Assembly (NCBI RefSeq): GCF_000196555.1
Contig: NC_015067.1
Coordinates: 1,560,001 to 1,592,000 of the forward strand
Length of the DNA: 32,000 nucleotides
Direction of reading: 5' to 3'
Source of the DNA: Bifidobacterium longum subsp. longum JCM 1217
GTDB taxonomy: Bacteria; Actinomycetota; Actinomycetes; Actinomycetales; Bifidobacteriaceae
A program made the translations under genes and the position numbers. The notes under the pieces were generated by a model. It was not told the origin of the DNA, did not search any database, and was given only the letters and a program-made list of their open reading frames with translations. The first letter of the stretch is position 1. Each line of letters begins with the position of its first letter. Below are positions 20,535 to 28,805 of the stretch, in pieces.

Positions 20535-21353
20535 ATGAACACTATGGCACAAATTGCAACATCTACACTTCCCGCTGTTCTCGCGATCTCCGGCTCCGAC
20601 TCGTCCGGCGGTGCCGGCATGCAGGCCGATCTGAAGACCATGCTGGCCTGCGGCGTGTTCGGCATGAGCGCCATCACCGCGCTCACCGCACAGAACACCA
20701 CCGGCGTGCGTTCCATTCAGGATACCAAACCGGACATTCTCGCCGACCAGATCAACATGGTGTTTGAGGATATTCCGCCGGTCGCGGTGAAAATCGGCAT
20801 GGTGTCTGCCACTGACATCATCGACGTCATCGCTGAACGACTCACCTTCCATCACGCCACGAACATCGTGCTCGACCCGGTTATGGTGGCCACTTCCGGC
20901 GCCAATCTCATCAGTGACGATGCCATTGCGGCCTTGACCGGCAAGCTGTTCCCGATGGCCACGGTCGTGACTCCGAACATTCCCGAGGCCGAAGTGCTGA
21001 CCGATACGCTGATTCGCGATCAGGAGGATATGGAGGCCGCCGCCCACCGCCTCGTGGAGCGTTATGGCTGTGCCGCGCTGGTCAAGGGTGGTCATGGCAC
21101 CGAGGATGCCAACGATGTGCTTGCCGAGACGGATGGAACCGTGACCTGGTTTGATGGCGCGCGTATCAATAATCCGAACACGCACGGCACCGGATGCACG
21201 CTGAGCTCCGCCATCGCCTCGTATCTGGCGCTTGGCGACACATTGCCCAAGGCCATCAAGCATGCGAAGAAGTATCTGACCGGTGCACTGAAGGCCCAGC
21301 TGAATCTTGGCCACGGCTCCGGCCCGATGGATCATTTCTGGAAGTATCGCTGA
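20535..21353 (+). CDS. thiD: Hydroxymethylpyrimidine/phosphomethylpyrimidine kinase
   Basis: [57 protein letters not shown]. The start is chosen at MNTMAQIA (20535; 20544 is also possible). The track ORF starting at 20367 adds a non-homologous 56-aa leader. Confidence 0.88.
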   Translation: MNTMAQIATSTLPAVLAISGSDSSGGAGMQADLKTMLACGVFGMSAITALTAQNTTGVRSIQDTKPDILADQINMVFEDIPPVAVKIGMVSATDIIDVIAERLTFHHATNIVLDPVMVATSGANLISDDAIAALTGKLFPMATVVTPNIPEAEVLTDTLIRDQEDMEAAAHRLVERYGCAALVKGGHGTEDANDVLAETDGTVTWFDGARINNPNTHGTGCTLSSAIASYLALGDTLPKAIKHAKKYLTGALKAQLNLGHGSGPMDHFWKYR

Positions 21354-21371
21354 GTCCTACTGGCTCTCCTC

Positions 21372-21394
21372 TCTGAGGGGAGCCAAGTAATAAA
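21372..21394 (+). terminator. GC-rich hairpin between thiD and the thiamine-binding protein gene (same family as 20046-20068)
   Basis: GGCTCTCC-tctctga-GGGGAGCC. No downstream T-run, so terminator function is uncertain. Confidence 0.4.
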
Positions 21395-21403
21395 AGGAGA
21401 ATT

Positions 21404-21781
21404 ATGATTATTGACCGTAATGCCGTTACTCAGGAAGTGCCGATCGACCCGGAAACCGGCAAACCGTACCTCAATACCGTGGCCGCCATTCAGGTGTCGG
21501 CCAATGGCGTGGGCTCCGAGGTTTCGCCATACGTGGCTCAGGCCGTCGAGGTGATTCGCGAATCCGGCCTGCCGCAGGAAACCAACGCCCTGTTCACCAA
21601 CGTGGAAGGCGATCTGGACGACGTGCTCAAGGTGGCCGGTGAGGCCGCCAAGAAGCTCGCCGAGCAGGGCTACCGCACTTCTCTGGTGCTGCACATGGAT
21701 ATCCGCCCCGGCTTCACCGGCCAGCTGACCGAAAAGCCCAAGCTGGTGGATGAGATCCTCGCCGACAAGCAGGCGAAGTAG
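21404..21781 (+). CDS. MTH1187/YkoF-family (UPF0045) thiamine-binding protein
   Basis: AAIQVSANGVGSEVSPYVAQAVEVIRESGLPQETNALFTNVEGDLDDVLKV matches the family pattern (v.P.g.g.svs.yva.a...i..sGl.y.....T.iEG..dev). Strong RBS AAAAGGAGA. Thiamine-gene neighbourhood. Confidence 0.75.
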   Translation: MIIDRNAVTQEVPIDPETGKPYLNTVAAIQVSANGVGSEVSPYVAQAVEVIRESGLPQETNALFTNVEGDLDDVLKVAGEAAKKLAEQGYRTSLVLHMDIRPGFTGQLTEKPKLVDEILADKQAK

Positions 21782-21829
21782 CAAAGCATCGCTTCCACCA
21801 GCAAGGGCATGCTTTGTTATTACACGTTT

Positions 21830-21976
21830 CATGGGGCGGTAGCTCACCCATGGGGTGGTAAAACCCTCATGGGGCGGTAGTCGAAAACGGCTCTATTCTG
21901 CGGAAAGGCAAAATCCGCTAACCGCCCCATGGGCCAAATACCGCCCCATGAGTGTTTTACCGCCCCATGGGAATCA
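21830..21976. repeat. Array of six 12-bp boxes CATGGGGCGGTA: three direct (21830, 21849, 21868) and three inverted (21920, 21939, 21958), each set at exact 19-bp spacing around a ~40-bp centre
   Basis: Read directly. Forward boxes: catggggcggta / catggggtggta / catggggcggta. Inverted boxes: aaccgccccatg / taccgccccatg / taccgccccatg. The 7-bp spacers are not conserved and not mutually complementary. The centre holds a small hairpin, GCGGA-n9-TCCGC (~21900-21918). Confidence 0.85.
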
Positions 21977-22286
21977 CGGTTCTGCCTTCTTTCGACGGGG
22001 TAAGAGCGTAAGTGGGGCATATATAGGAGCGTCACAACCTCTGTTATCGTTCACGATGTGACCGCAACGCGGCGTGCCACAAAATCGAACCTATAGTTAA
22101 GCCCCATGTAGTGAGCTATCTCACAACGATTGGCTCGCTACGTAGAATTCAAGACTTGGATCGCAAACGTCGTTCATCCCACACAATGGGAGGGCGAACG
22201 GAACACACAGTCCAATCAAGAGTTCGCTCGCCGCAACACCATTGAGCAGTTGCACGCGGGCAGGTTTGCAAGAAGAGGGCTCAAAT

Positions 22287-23666
22287 ATGACTGCTGCTGA
22301 ACAGCAGATTTCCGGCAATCCCGCGGCTATGGAAAACGCACAAGCACGTACCACCGTGACGGATCAAGCCAAGGTTCAGGATATTATCTCGCGCATGGAT
22401 CGCGCACATGAAACCCCGATGTTCCATCGCATCGTGACGCTGGTCGCCGCTGGCATGCTGATGGACAGCATCGACGTATATATTGGCAGCGCCGTCGCCT
22501 CCAGCACGTTGGCTACCCGCTGGTCCACCGTTGCGCAAAATTCCACCTTTATGTCCGCGGGCTTCCTGGGTCTGCTGGTCGGTTCGCTGCTGGCCGGCTT
22601 CGTCGGTGACCTGAAGGGCCGCCGCGTGGCTTACCAAATCAACCTGCTGCTGTTTGGCGGCTTCACCTTCCTCGGCGCATTCGCCCCGAACATGGCTGTG
22701 CTGTCCCTGTGCCGTCTGGGTGCCGGCCTGGGCCTCGGCGCTGAAATCGTCACCGGCTTCGCCATGGTCAACGAGTTCGCACCGATGAACCGCCGTGGCC
22801 ACTGGTGCGCGATTGTCTCGCTCGTGGCCAACTGCGGTGTGCCAATCGCTATGCTGCTGTGTGCATGGATCATCCCCCGCTGGTCCTGGCGTCCGCTGTT
22901 CGTGGCCATCGGCCTGGTGGCCGCCATCATCTGGTGGCTGCGCCGCGACATCCCCGAATCCCCGCGTTGGCTCGCCGTGCGCGGCCGTTACGATGAGGCC
23001 GACGCCATCGTCAAGCAGCTTGAGGCCAACGGTTCCGAACCGATCGACGCAGCCGCCAAGGCCGACACCAGCGACACCCGCAACGCCGGAGGCCGTTCGC
23101 TCGGCATCTGCCTGCTTGTGGCTGTGGTTGCTGTGGCCGCCACGAACGTGTGCTCCTACGCCTTCACTTCTTGGGTTCCGACGATTCTGGTCAAGCGTGG
23201 TATTAACCTGTCCAGCTCGCTGCTCACCTCCACGGTGATGATGCTCGGTGCCCCGGTCGGCTGCCTGATTGGCTCTCTGCTTATCGACCGTATCGGCCGC
23301 AAGCGCACGATTGTGCCGGCCTTCCTGTTCACTGGCGTGTTCGGTTTGATGTATGCCTTCCAGACCTCTACCGTGAGCGCAATTATCGTTGGCTTCCTGC
23401 TCATGATGTGCCTGTACGTGCTTATGGCTTCCGTGGTGGCTGTGTACGCTCCGGAACTGTTCGCCACCAAGGTTCGCTTCCGTTGCGTCGGCTTCGCGAA
23501 CGCCGTGGCCAAGCTGCTCAATGTGTTGATGCCGATGGTGGTGGGCTGGATGCTTACCTCGCTTGGTGCCACGTCCATCTTTGTGGCCATCAGCGCGATT
23601 GCTATTGCATCGATGCTGATTGTCGGCTTCTTTGGCGCGGAGACTGCGCAGAAGTCGGTTGGGTGA
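22287..23666 (+). CDS. MFS transporter, sugar-porter-like subfamily
   Basis: 12 predicted TM segments. The MFS loop motif GFVGDLKGRRV and PESPRWLAVRGRYDEA are both present. The start is chosen at 22287 (RBS AGAGGG 8 nt upstream); the track ORF begins at 22242. Confidence 0.85.
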   Translation: MTAAEQQISGNPAAMENAQARTTVTDQAKVQDIISRMDRAHETPMFHRIVTLVAAGMLMDSIDVYIGSAVASSTLATRWSTVAQNSTFMSAGFLGLLVGSLLAGFVGDLKGRRVAYQINLLLFGGFTFLGAFAPNMAVLSLCRLGAGLGLGAEIVTGFAMVNEFAPMNRRGHWCAIVSLVANCGVPIAMLLCAWIIPRWSWRPLFVAIGLVAAIIWWLRRDIPESPRWLAVRGRYDEADAIVKQLEANGSEPIDAAAKADTSDTRNAGGRSLGICLLVAVVAVAATNVCSYAFTSWVPTILVKRGINLSSSLLTSTVMMLGAPVGCLIGSLLIDRIGRKRTIVPAFLFTGVFGLMYAFQTSTVSAIIVGFLLMMCLYVLMASVVAVYAPELFATKVRFRCVGFANAVAKLLNVLMPMVVGWMLTSLGATSIFVAISAIAIASMLIVGFFGAETAQKSVG

Positions 23667-23675
23667 TCGGTTTCC

Positions 23676-24148
23676 TCACAGTGGAATAACTGCTGATAAT
23701 GTCCATTCGGCGTCTTGCGTGGTGATATGCAGGGCGCCGTTTTGTTGTTCTAGTAATTGTTGGTAACGGTTGAGGCCGGTGCCGGTGGATAGGTCTGCGT
23801 CTCCAGCGGACAATCAGCGTCTGTGATGTCACATGCAATGCCAGGAGCGGCATCAACGGTCGAATCATGCGGAGTCACTGCACTGTGCGCCGCTTCTCCC
23901 CTGCCTTCAATCACATCAATGACTTGATGCGTGCGATCCAATGCGCCCATAGACATATCCGTAACCAGCACGTCAGGCCGCTTGGTGGGGCTCAGGCATC
24001 GGCTGATGGCCACAGCACCCAAATCGCAGGTCTATATCACGGCAAAATCGCTGGACATACGTTCGATTAGCGCGCCGAACACTTTCAGCGCATATGGGTC
24101 ATTGTCCACAATGCCGATGCGTATGTTGCGGTTGCGCGCTTCTTCCAT
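23676..24148 (-). pseudogene. Decayed two-component system: response-regulator receiver domain with an in-frame TAG, fused out of frame to the last ~45 codons of a histidine kinase (HATPase_c end)
   Basis: Minus strand from ATG 24148 (RBS GAAGGGG): MEEARNRNIRIGIVDNDPYALKVFGALIERMSSDFAVI*TCDLGAVAISRCLSPTKRPDVLVTDMSMGALD... The stop lies at 24032-24034, where W is expected (TGG to TAG). There is no DNA-binding domain. A different frame ends in ...GTGLNRYQQLLEQQNGALHITTQDAEWTLSAVIPL* (stop 23676-23678), which resembles a kinase G2-box and C-terminus. Confidence 0.55.
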
Positions 24149-24294
24149 TACATTCACCCCTTCAGTGTGCCCGACGCCGAACTACTCCGTCCTGACACGT
24201 CATGGTCACTATGACAACTATCATTCCACATTTCCTGCGTGATTTACGATGGAATCATCATCAATCCTTGACAAGGCGGTAAAGGAGGACGGCA

Positions 24295-24705
24295 ATGAAC
24301 CGTGCACAAGCACTCAGCAAGCTCAACAGGAGCGATATGCGCAATGCCGCCGCCGAGCGCGGGATGCAACGACTGTTCACATGGAACCGCGCGCATTGGA
24401 TTGGCATGGTTGTACTGATAGCGGTGTTGCTGCTACTGCAGTGGAGCTCATCAATGTATCTCATGCCCGACGAGGTTCTTGACAGGGCTGCCAAAAACCT
24501 GTTCGTATGGTTCCCCGGTATGGTTCTGCACTGGCCATTGGTGTTGGGAATCACCAACTTGATACTCGGTTCGACACGATCCGGCAGTCTGTCTTTCCCG
24601 TTGGCGAGCGCAATCATCGGACCACTGGCATTCGGCTGGACCAATCTTCGCTTACGGCCGGGGTTCCCATACCGTTCCTGGGCTCAAGGGAAAGCCGCAA
24701 TATAA
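24295..24705 (+). CDS. Small integral membrane protein, first gene of the serpin operon
   Basis: 136 aa with about 3 TM segments. Very strong RBS AAAGGAGGA 5 nt before the ATG. It ends 21-57 nt before the serpin gene. Confidence 0.7.
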   Translation: MNRAQALSKLNRSDMRNAAAERGMQRLFTWNRAHWIGMVVLIAVLLLLQWSSSMYLMPDEVLDRAAKNLFVWFPGMVLHWPLVLGITNLILGSTRSGSLSFPLASAIIGPLAFGWTNLRLRPGFPYRSWAQGKAAI

Positions 24706-24762
24706 TGAAAACAGCGATTTCATGCAATGATGCACGAGCCGATCCAAGCAAAGGGGCCAACC

Positions 24763-26160
24763 ATGAGCGAGCAACTGATGGAACAGTACCGGTTGCGCGG
24801 ACAACGCAAATGCCGTAACGCTTGTATCGCCGCCATCGTGACAGTAGTGCTTGTCCTTGCCGTCGCCGGCGGCGTATGGTGGACGGCCGGCGATGGCAGC
24901 GCATTGGTTCGCAATATGTTCAAGCCGAAGGCCACGCCTGCCACGCAGCCGGTAGTCAACAGCACCGCAACCTTCGCCTACCGCACCGCACCGGAATTCC
25001 TGGCGATGGAAGCCGGCGACCGAGGCACCGGCAATGTGAACTACTCTCCTGCTTCGATGTGGATGGCGTTGGCCATCGCCGCGCAGGGCGCCAATGGCAC
25101 GACCCGCTCGCAACTGAACGAACTGCTGGGCTCCGGTTCGCTGACCGATAGCGACTACCAATCGCTGCTAAGTTCGATCAACGGGCAATATTCGGGGGCG
25201 AAATCCGAGATGAGCGCCGCGAACTCGCTGTGGATTGATGACGACTACTCTCTTGCCAGCGATTACCAATCCACCGTCAAGAAGATGTTCGAGGCCGAAG
25301 TCACCACGTTACCGTTCGACGATCAGGCCGCCGCAAAGATGTCCGATTGGATCGCCAAGCATACGAATGGTTCGCTCAAGCCGAAGATTACGCTGCGTGA
25401 CCGTGAAGTCCTGTCCATCATCAACACCGTCTATGCGGATGGCCGTTGGAAGGATCCGTTCGAAGAGCAGTCCACCGGCAACGGCACCTTCCACGGCGAA
25501 GCCGGAGATGCTCAGGTGCCGATGATGCACCGGACCTTCAGCCAAATGGCTTACGGACATGATGAGTACAACACTTGGCAGCGGGTGGAGATTCCGTTCG
25601 ACAACGGCGGCAATCTGGCCATCGTGCTGCCGGCCGAAGGGCATTTCGACGAGTTGGCCGGCGATGCCGAGAAGCTCAGTTGGGCGTTCGGTACATGCTC
25701 GACGGCTTCCCTTGGCGAGGGCGCAATGGGTTGCGCCGCGGACAGTATGCCCGGATGGGGCGTCTCCGTCAACTCGGTCATGGTGAACGTCACGCTACCG
25801 CGATTCACCATCGACAGCATGTTCGACTCGGAAGCCACCATCAAGGCATTCGAAAAACTGGGGGTGACCGATGCGTTCAGTGCAGGCGACGCCGACTTCA
25901 CCAAGATGATCGACACCGGTTCGCACGGCGAGAACCTGTATATCGGCTCGATTCTGCAAGGCACGCGCATCGAGGTGAACGAAGCCGGCGCCAAGGCCAT
26001 GTCCTTCACCAAGGTCGGCGCAGACTCCGTTAGCGCGCCGGTGGACAACGTCGAGTTCACGGTGGATCGCCCATTTCTGTATTCGTACGTCACCCCGGAC
26101 GGCATACCATTATTCATCGGTGCGGTGCGCAACCTCGGCGGAGTCGGTGGAGAAAACTGA
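24763..26160 (+). CDS. Membrane-anchored serpin (serine protease inhibitor)
   Basis: N-terminal signal anchor CIAAIVTVVLVLAVAGGVWW. Serpin body NYSPASMWMALAIAAQGANGTT..L. Hinge and reactive-centre loop GTRIEVNEAGAKAMSFTKVGADSVSAP, then FTVDRPFLY and PLFIGAV. The start at 24763 has SD AAGGGG 6 nt upstream; the maximal ORF starts at 24727. Confidence 0.9.
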   Translation: MSEQLMEQYRLRGQRKCRNACIAAIVTVVLVLAVAGGVWWTAGDGSALVRNMFKPKATPATQPVVNSTATFAYRTAPEFLAMEAGDRGTGNVNYSPASMWMALAIAAQGANGTTRSQLNELLGSGSLTDSDYQSLLSSINGQYSGAKSEMSAANSLWIDDDYSLASDYQSTVKKMFEAEVTTLPFDDQAAAKMSDWIAKHTNGSLKPKITLRDREVLSIINTVYADGRWKDPFEEQSTGNGTFHGEAGDAQVPMMHRTFSQMAYGHDEYNTWQRVEIPFDNGGNLAIVLPAEGHFDELAGDAEKLSWAFGTCSTASLGEGAMGCAADSMPGWGVSVNSVMVNVTLPRFTIDSMFDSEATIKAFEKLGVTDAFSAGDADFTKMIDTGSHGENLYIGSILQGTRIEVNEAGAKAMSFTKVGADSVSAPVDNVEFTVDRPFLYSYVTPDGIPLFIGAVRNLGGVGGEN

Positions 26161-26203
26161 TACTTTCCTGGCAGTCCGTCAATTAGGGTGTATCGTTTGA
26201 CGC

Positions 26204-27244
26204 ATGGTTACGATGAAGGAAATCGCGAACAAGGCGGGGGTTTCCGTCTCTACGGTATCGCTGGTGCTCAACGGACGCGACGAGGGGCGCGTAAAGTCCA
26301 AAATTGCGGACAATGTGCGCGCCATCGCCACCAAGCTCGGCTACCAGTCGAATCCGCTGGCCAGTTCGCTGCGTACAGGCAGGACGCACATCCTCGGTTT
26401 CATCAGTGAGGAGGTGGCCACCACCCCGTACGCCGGCGGTATGATTCTGGGCGCGCAGACCGCTGCAAGCCAGTTCGGCTATATGCTCATCACCGTGAGC
26501 ACCGACGGCGAGAACAGCGAGAGCGAGGAAATCGCCGCACTCAAGCGATACGGCACCGACGGCTTTCTGTACGCCAAGATGTCGAACCGCATCACCCATG
26601 TGCCTTCCTCGCTGGCCAAGACGCCACTGGTGTTGGTGGATGCCACCGACTCGCTTGGCAAAATCCCGAGCGTGGAACCGGACGAGTTCCAAATCGGCTA
26701 CGACGCCACCACCAGATTGGTTAAGGCCGGATGCGCACGTATCGCCTATGTGGGTTGCTTGGAGCCGCTGATTGCGCAGGACGATCGTTTGGAAGGCTAT
26801 CAGGCGGCGCTCAGGGACGCCGGCCTCGACTATGACGATCATCTGGTCGTCAATGTGCTCAACAACGGGCCGGCACTGACCGCAGTCAGCGATTTGTTCG
26901 ATGCCGAGCATCCGGACGGATTCTTCTGCTTCAACGATGCCCGCGCCTGGTATGTGTACGAATGCGCCGCACGCCGAGGACTCACGGTCGGCAAGGACAT
27001 CTCCGTGGTCGGCGTGGACAACCATCGCGTGTTCGCCGAAACGCTGGAACCGATGCTCACCACTGTGGAACTGCCGCATTTCGAGATGGGCTACTGGGCC
27101 GTGGCCAAGCTGGTGTCGATTATCGAAGGACGCTCGATGGACGACGTCTCATGGCCAGCGACCACCGCTCCCCTGCCGCCGATCGACGCGCCGATTCCGG
27201 CGAAGATCCACTGCACGCTGATCGAAAAGGCCTCGGTGAAGTAA
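26204..27244 (+). CDS. LacI-family transcriptional regulator, probable repressor of the adjacent sucrose/FOS genes
   Basis: HTH MKEIANKAGVSVSTVSLVLNG....V......V...A..LGYQSNPLASSLRTGRT, followed by a periplasmic-binding-protein-like sugar-binding domain. Confidence 0.9.
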   Translation: MVTMKEIANKAGVSVSTVSLVLNGRDEGRVKSKIADNVRAIATKLGYQSNPLASSLRTGRTHILGFISEEVATTPYAGGMILGAQTAASQFGYMLITVSTDGENSESEEIAALKRYGTDGFLYAKMSNRITHVPSSLAKTPLVLVDATDSLGKIPSVEPDEFQIGYDATTRLVKAGCARIAYVGCLEPLIAQDDRLEGYQAALRDAGLDYDDHLVVNVLNNGPALTAVSDLFDAEHPDGFFCFNDARAWYVYECAARRGLTVGKDISVVGVDNHRVFAETLEPMLTTVELPHFEMGYWAVAKLVSIIEGRSMDDVSWPATTAPLPPIDAPIPAKIHCTLIEKASVK

Positions 27245-27318
27245 CCGAGTCCCACACGATTTCTCAAGGCCTCCGTTCAGCACGGAGGCCTTTTGCGTGT
27301 CGAACGGATACGACACGC

Positions 27319-27364
27319 CGATTTACGTCAATCGATTGACGTAAATCGATTGACGTCGCATAAT
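27319..27364 (+). promoter_or_regulatory. cscB promoter (-35 TTGACG 27336-27341, 17-bp spacer, -10 CATAAT 27359-27364) overlapped by a perfect 30-bp palindromic LacI-type operator plus an overlapping second site
   Basis: CGATTTACGTCAATCGATTGACGTAAATCG (27319-27348) is a perfect palindrome centred on CG (27333/27334). The neighbouring ACGTAAATCGATTGACGT (27339-27356) is 16/18 palindromic and centred on CG 27347/27348. A central CG is typical of LacI-family operators. Confidence 0.65.
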
Positions 27365-27457
27365 AATTACTACGCAACAACTTCTACAAAGGCACGGCCG
27401 CCCGAGCAGAAGCGTTACATAACCAATAACCAACCAAGTAGTAATCAAAGGATGATT

Positions 27458-28795
27458 ATGGCAAGTGCAACCAAATCTGCATGGAAGAATCCTTCCTATC
27501 TGCAGAGCTCTTTCGGCATCTTCATGTTCTTCTGCTCCTGGGGCATCTGGTGGTCCTTCTTCCAGCGCTGGCTCATCTCAGGCGTTGGATTGACCAATGC
27601 TGAAGTCGGCACCATCTACTCCATCAACTCGCTGGCCACCCTGGTCATCATGTTTGTGTACGGCGTGATTCAGGATCAGCTCGGCATCAAGCGCAAGCTC
27701 GTCATCGTAGTCTCGGTAATCGCCGCCTGCGTTGGCCCATTCGTCCAATTCGTTTACGCCCCGATGATCCTCGCCGGTGGCACCACCCGCTGGATCGGCG
27801 CACTCATCGGCTCCATCGTTCTGTCTGCCGGCTTCATGTCCGGCTGCTCCCTGTTCGAGGCCGTCACCGAACGCTACTCCCGTAAATTCGGTTTCGAATA
27901 TGGCCAGTCCCGTGCTTGGGGCTCCTTCGGTTACGCCATCGTGGCGCTGTGCGCCGGCTTCCTGTTCAACATCAACCCGCTGATCAACTTCTGGGTCGGC
28001 TCCGCATTCGGCCTTGGCATGCTCCTCGTGTACGCCTTCTGGGTCCCGGCCGAGCAGAAGGAAGAGCTCAAGAAGGAAACCGACCCGAACGCAGCCCCCA
28101 CCAACCCGTCCCTCAAGGAAATGGTCGCCGTTCTCAAGATGCCGACCCTGTGGGTGCTCATCGTCTTCATGCTGCTGACCAACACCTTCTACACCGTGTT
28201 CGATCAGCAGATGTTCCCGACCTACTACGCCAACCTCTTCCCCACTGAAGAAATCGGCAACGCCACCTACGGCACCCTGAACGGTTTCCAGGTCTTCCTT
28301 GAGTCCGCAATGATGGGCGTGGTCCCGATCATCATGAAGAAGATCGGCGTGCGCAACGCTCTGCTGCTCGGCGCTACCGTGATGTTCCTGCGCATCGGCT
28401 TGTGCGGCGTGTTCCACGACCCGATCACCGTCTCCATCGTCAAGCTGTTCCACTCCATCGAAGTGCCGCTGTTCTGCCTGCCGGCATTCCGCTACTTCAC
28501 TCTGCACTTCGACACCAAGCTCTCTGCCACGCTGTACATGGTGGGCTTCCAGATCGCTTCCCAAGTGGGTCAGGTCATCTTCTCGACCCCTCTGGGTGCC
28601 TTCCACGACAAGATGGCTCAGATTCTGCCGAACAACGACATGGGATCCCGCGTGACCTTCTGGGTCATCTCCGGCATCGTGCTGTGCGCGCTGATCTACG
28701 GCTTCTTCGTCATCAAGCGCGATGATCAGGAAGTCGGCGGCGACCCGTTCTACACCGACAAGCAGCTGCGCCAGATGGAAGCGGCCAAAGCCTGA
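27458..28795 (+). CDS. cscB: Oligosaccharide:H+ symporter (LacY/CscB family) sucrose/FOS permease
   Basis: 445 aa, 12 TM segments. The N-terminus KNPSYLQSSFGIFMFFCSWGIWWSFFQRWL is typical of the LacY/CscB family. RBS AAAGGA is 5 nt before ATG 27458; the track ORF from 27293 is an upstream extension. Confidence 0.88.
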   Translation: MASATKSAWKNPSYLQSSFGIFMFFCSWGIWWSFFQRWLISGVGLTNAEVGTIYSINSLATLVIMFVYGVIQDQLGIKRKLVIVVSVIAACVGPFVQFVYAPMILAGGTTRWIGALIGSIVLSAGFMSGCSLFEAVTERYSRKFGFEYGQSRAWGSFGYAIVALCAGFLFNINPLINFWVGSAFGLGMLLVYAFWVPAEQKEELKKETDPNAAPTNPSLKEMVAVLKMPTLWVLIVFMLLTNTFYTVFDQQMFPTYYANLFPTEEIGNATYGTLNGFQVFLESAMMGVVPIIMKKIGVRNALLLGATVMFLRIGLCGVFHDPITVSIVKLFHSIEVPLFCLPAFRYFTLHFDTKLSATLYMVGFQIASQVGQVIFSTPLGAFHDKMAQILPNNDMGSRVTFWVISGIVLCALIYGFFVIKRDDQEVGGDPFYTDKQLRQMEAAKA

Positions 28796-28805
28796 AAGGA
28801 CCACC

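Noticed and set aside
21830-21976. Possible CRISPR array
   Set aside because: The repeats are only 12 bp with 7-bp spacers. Half of them are in inverted orientation, and there are no cas genes nearby. This is not CRISPR architecture.
21844-22061. 63-aa (-) and 68-aa (+) ORFs
   Set aside because: Both lie across the CATGGGGCGGTA array. Their repeated PHG/PMG/PWG peptides are simply translations of the DNA repeat, and neither has an RBS.
27293-27457. Upstream extension of the cscB ORF (and 28722-28805 for cscA, 22242-22286 for the MFS gene)
   Set aside because: The extensions cover the promoter/operator or the end of the preceding gene and lack RBSs. Internal ATGs with good SD sequences coincide with the start of family homology.
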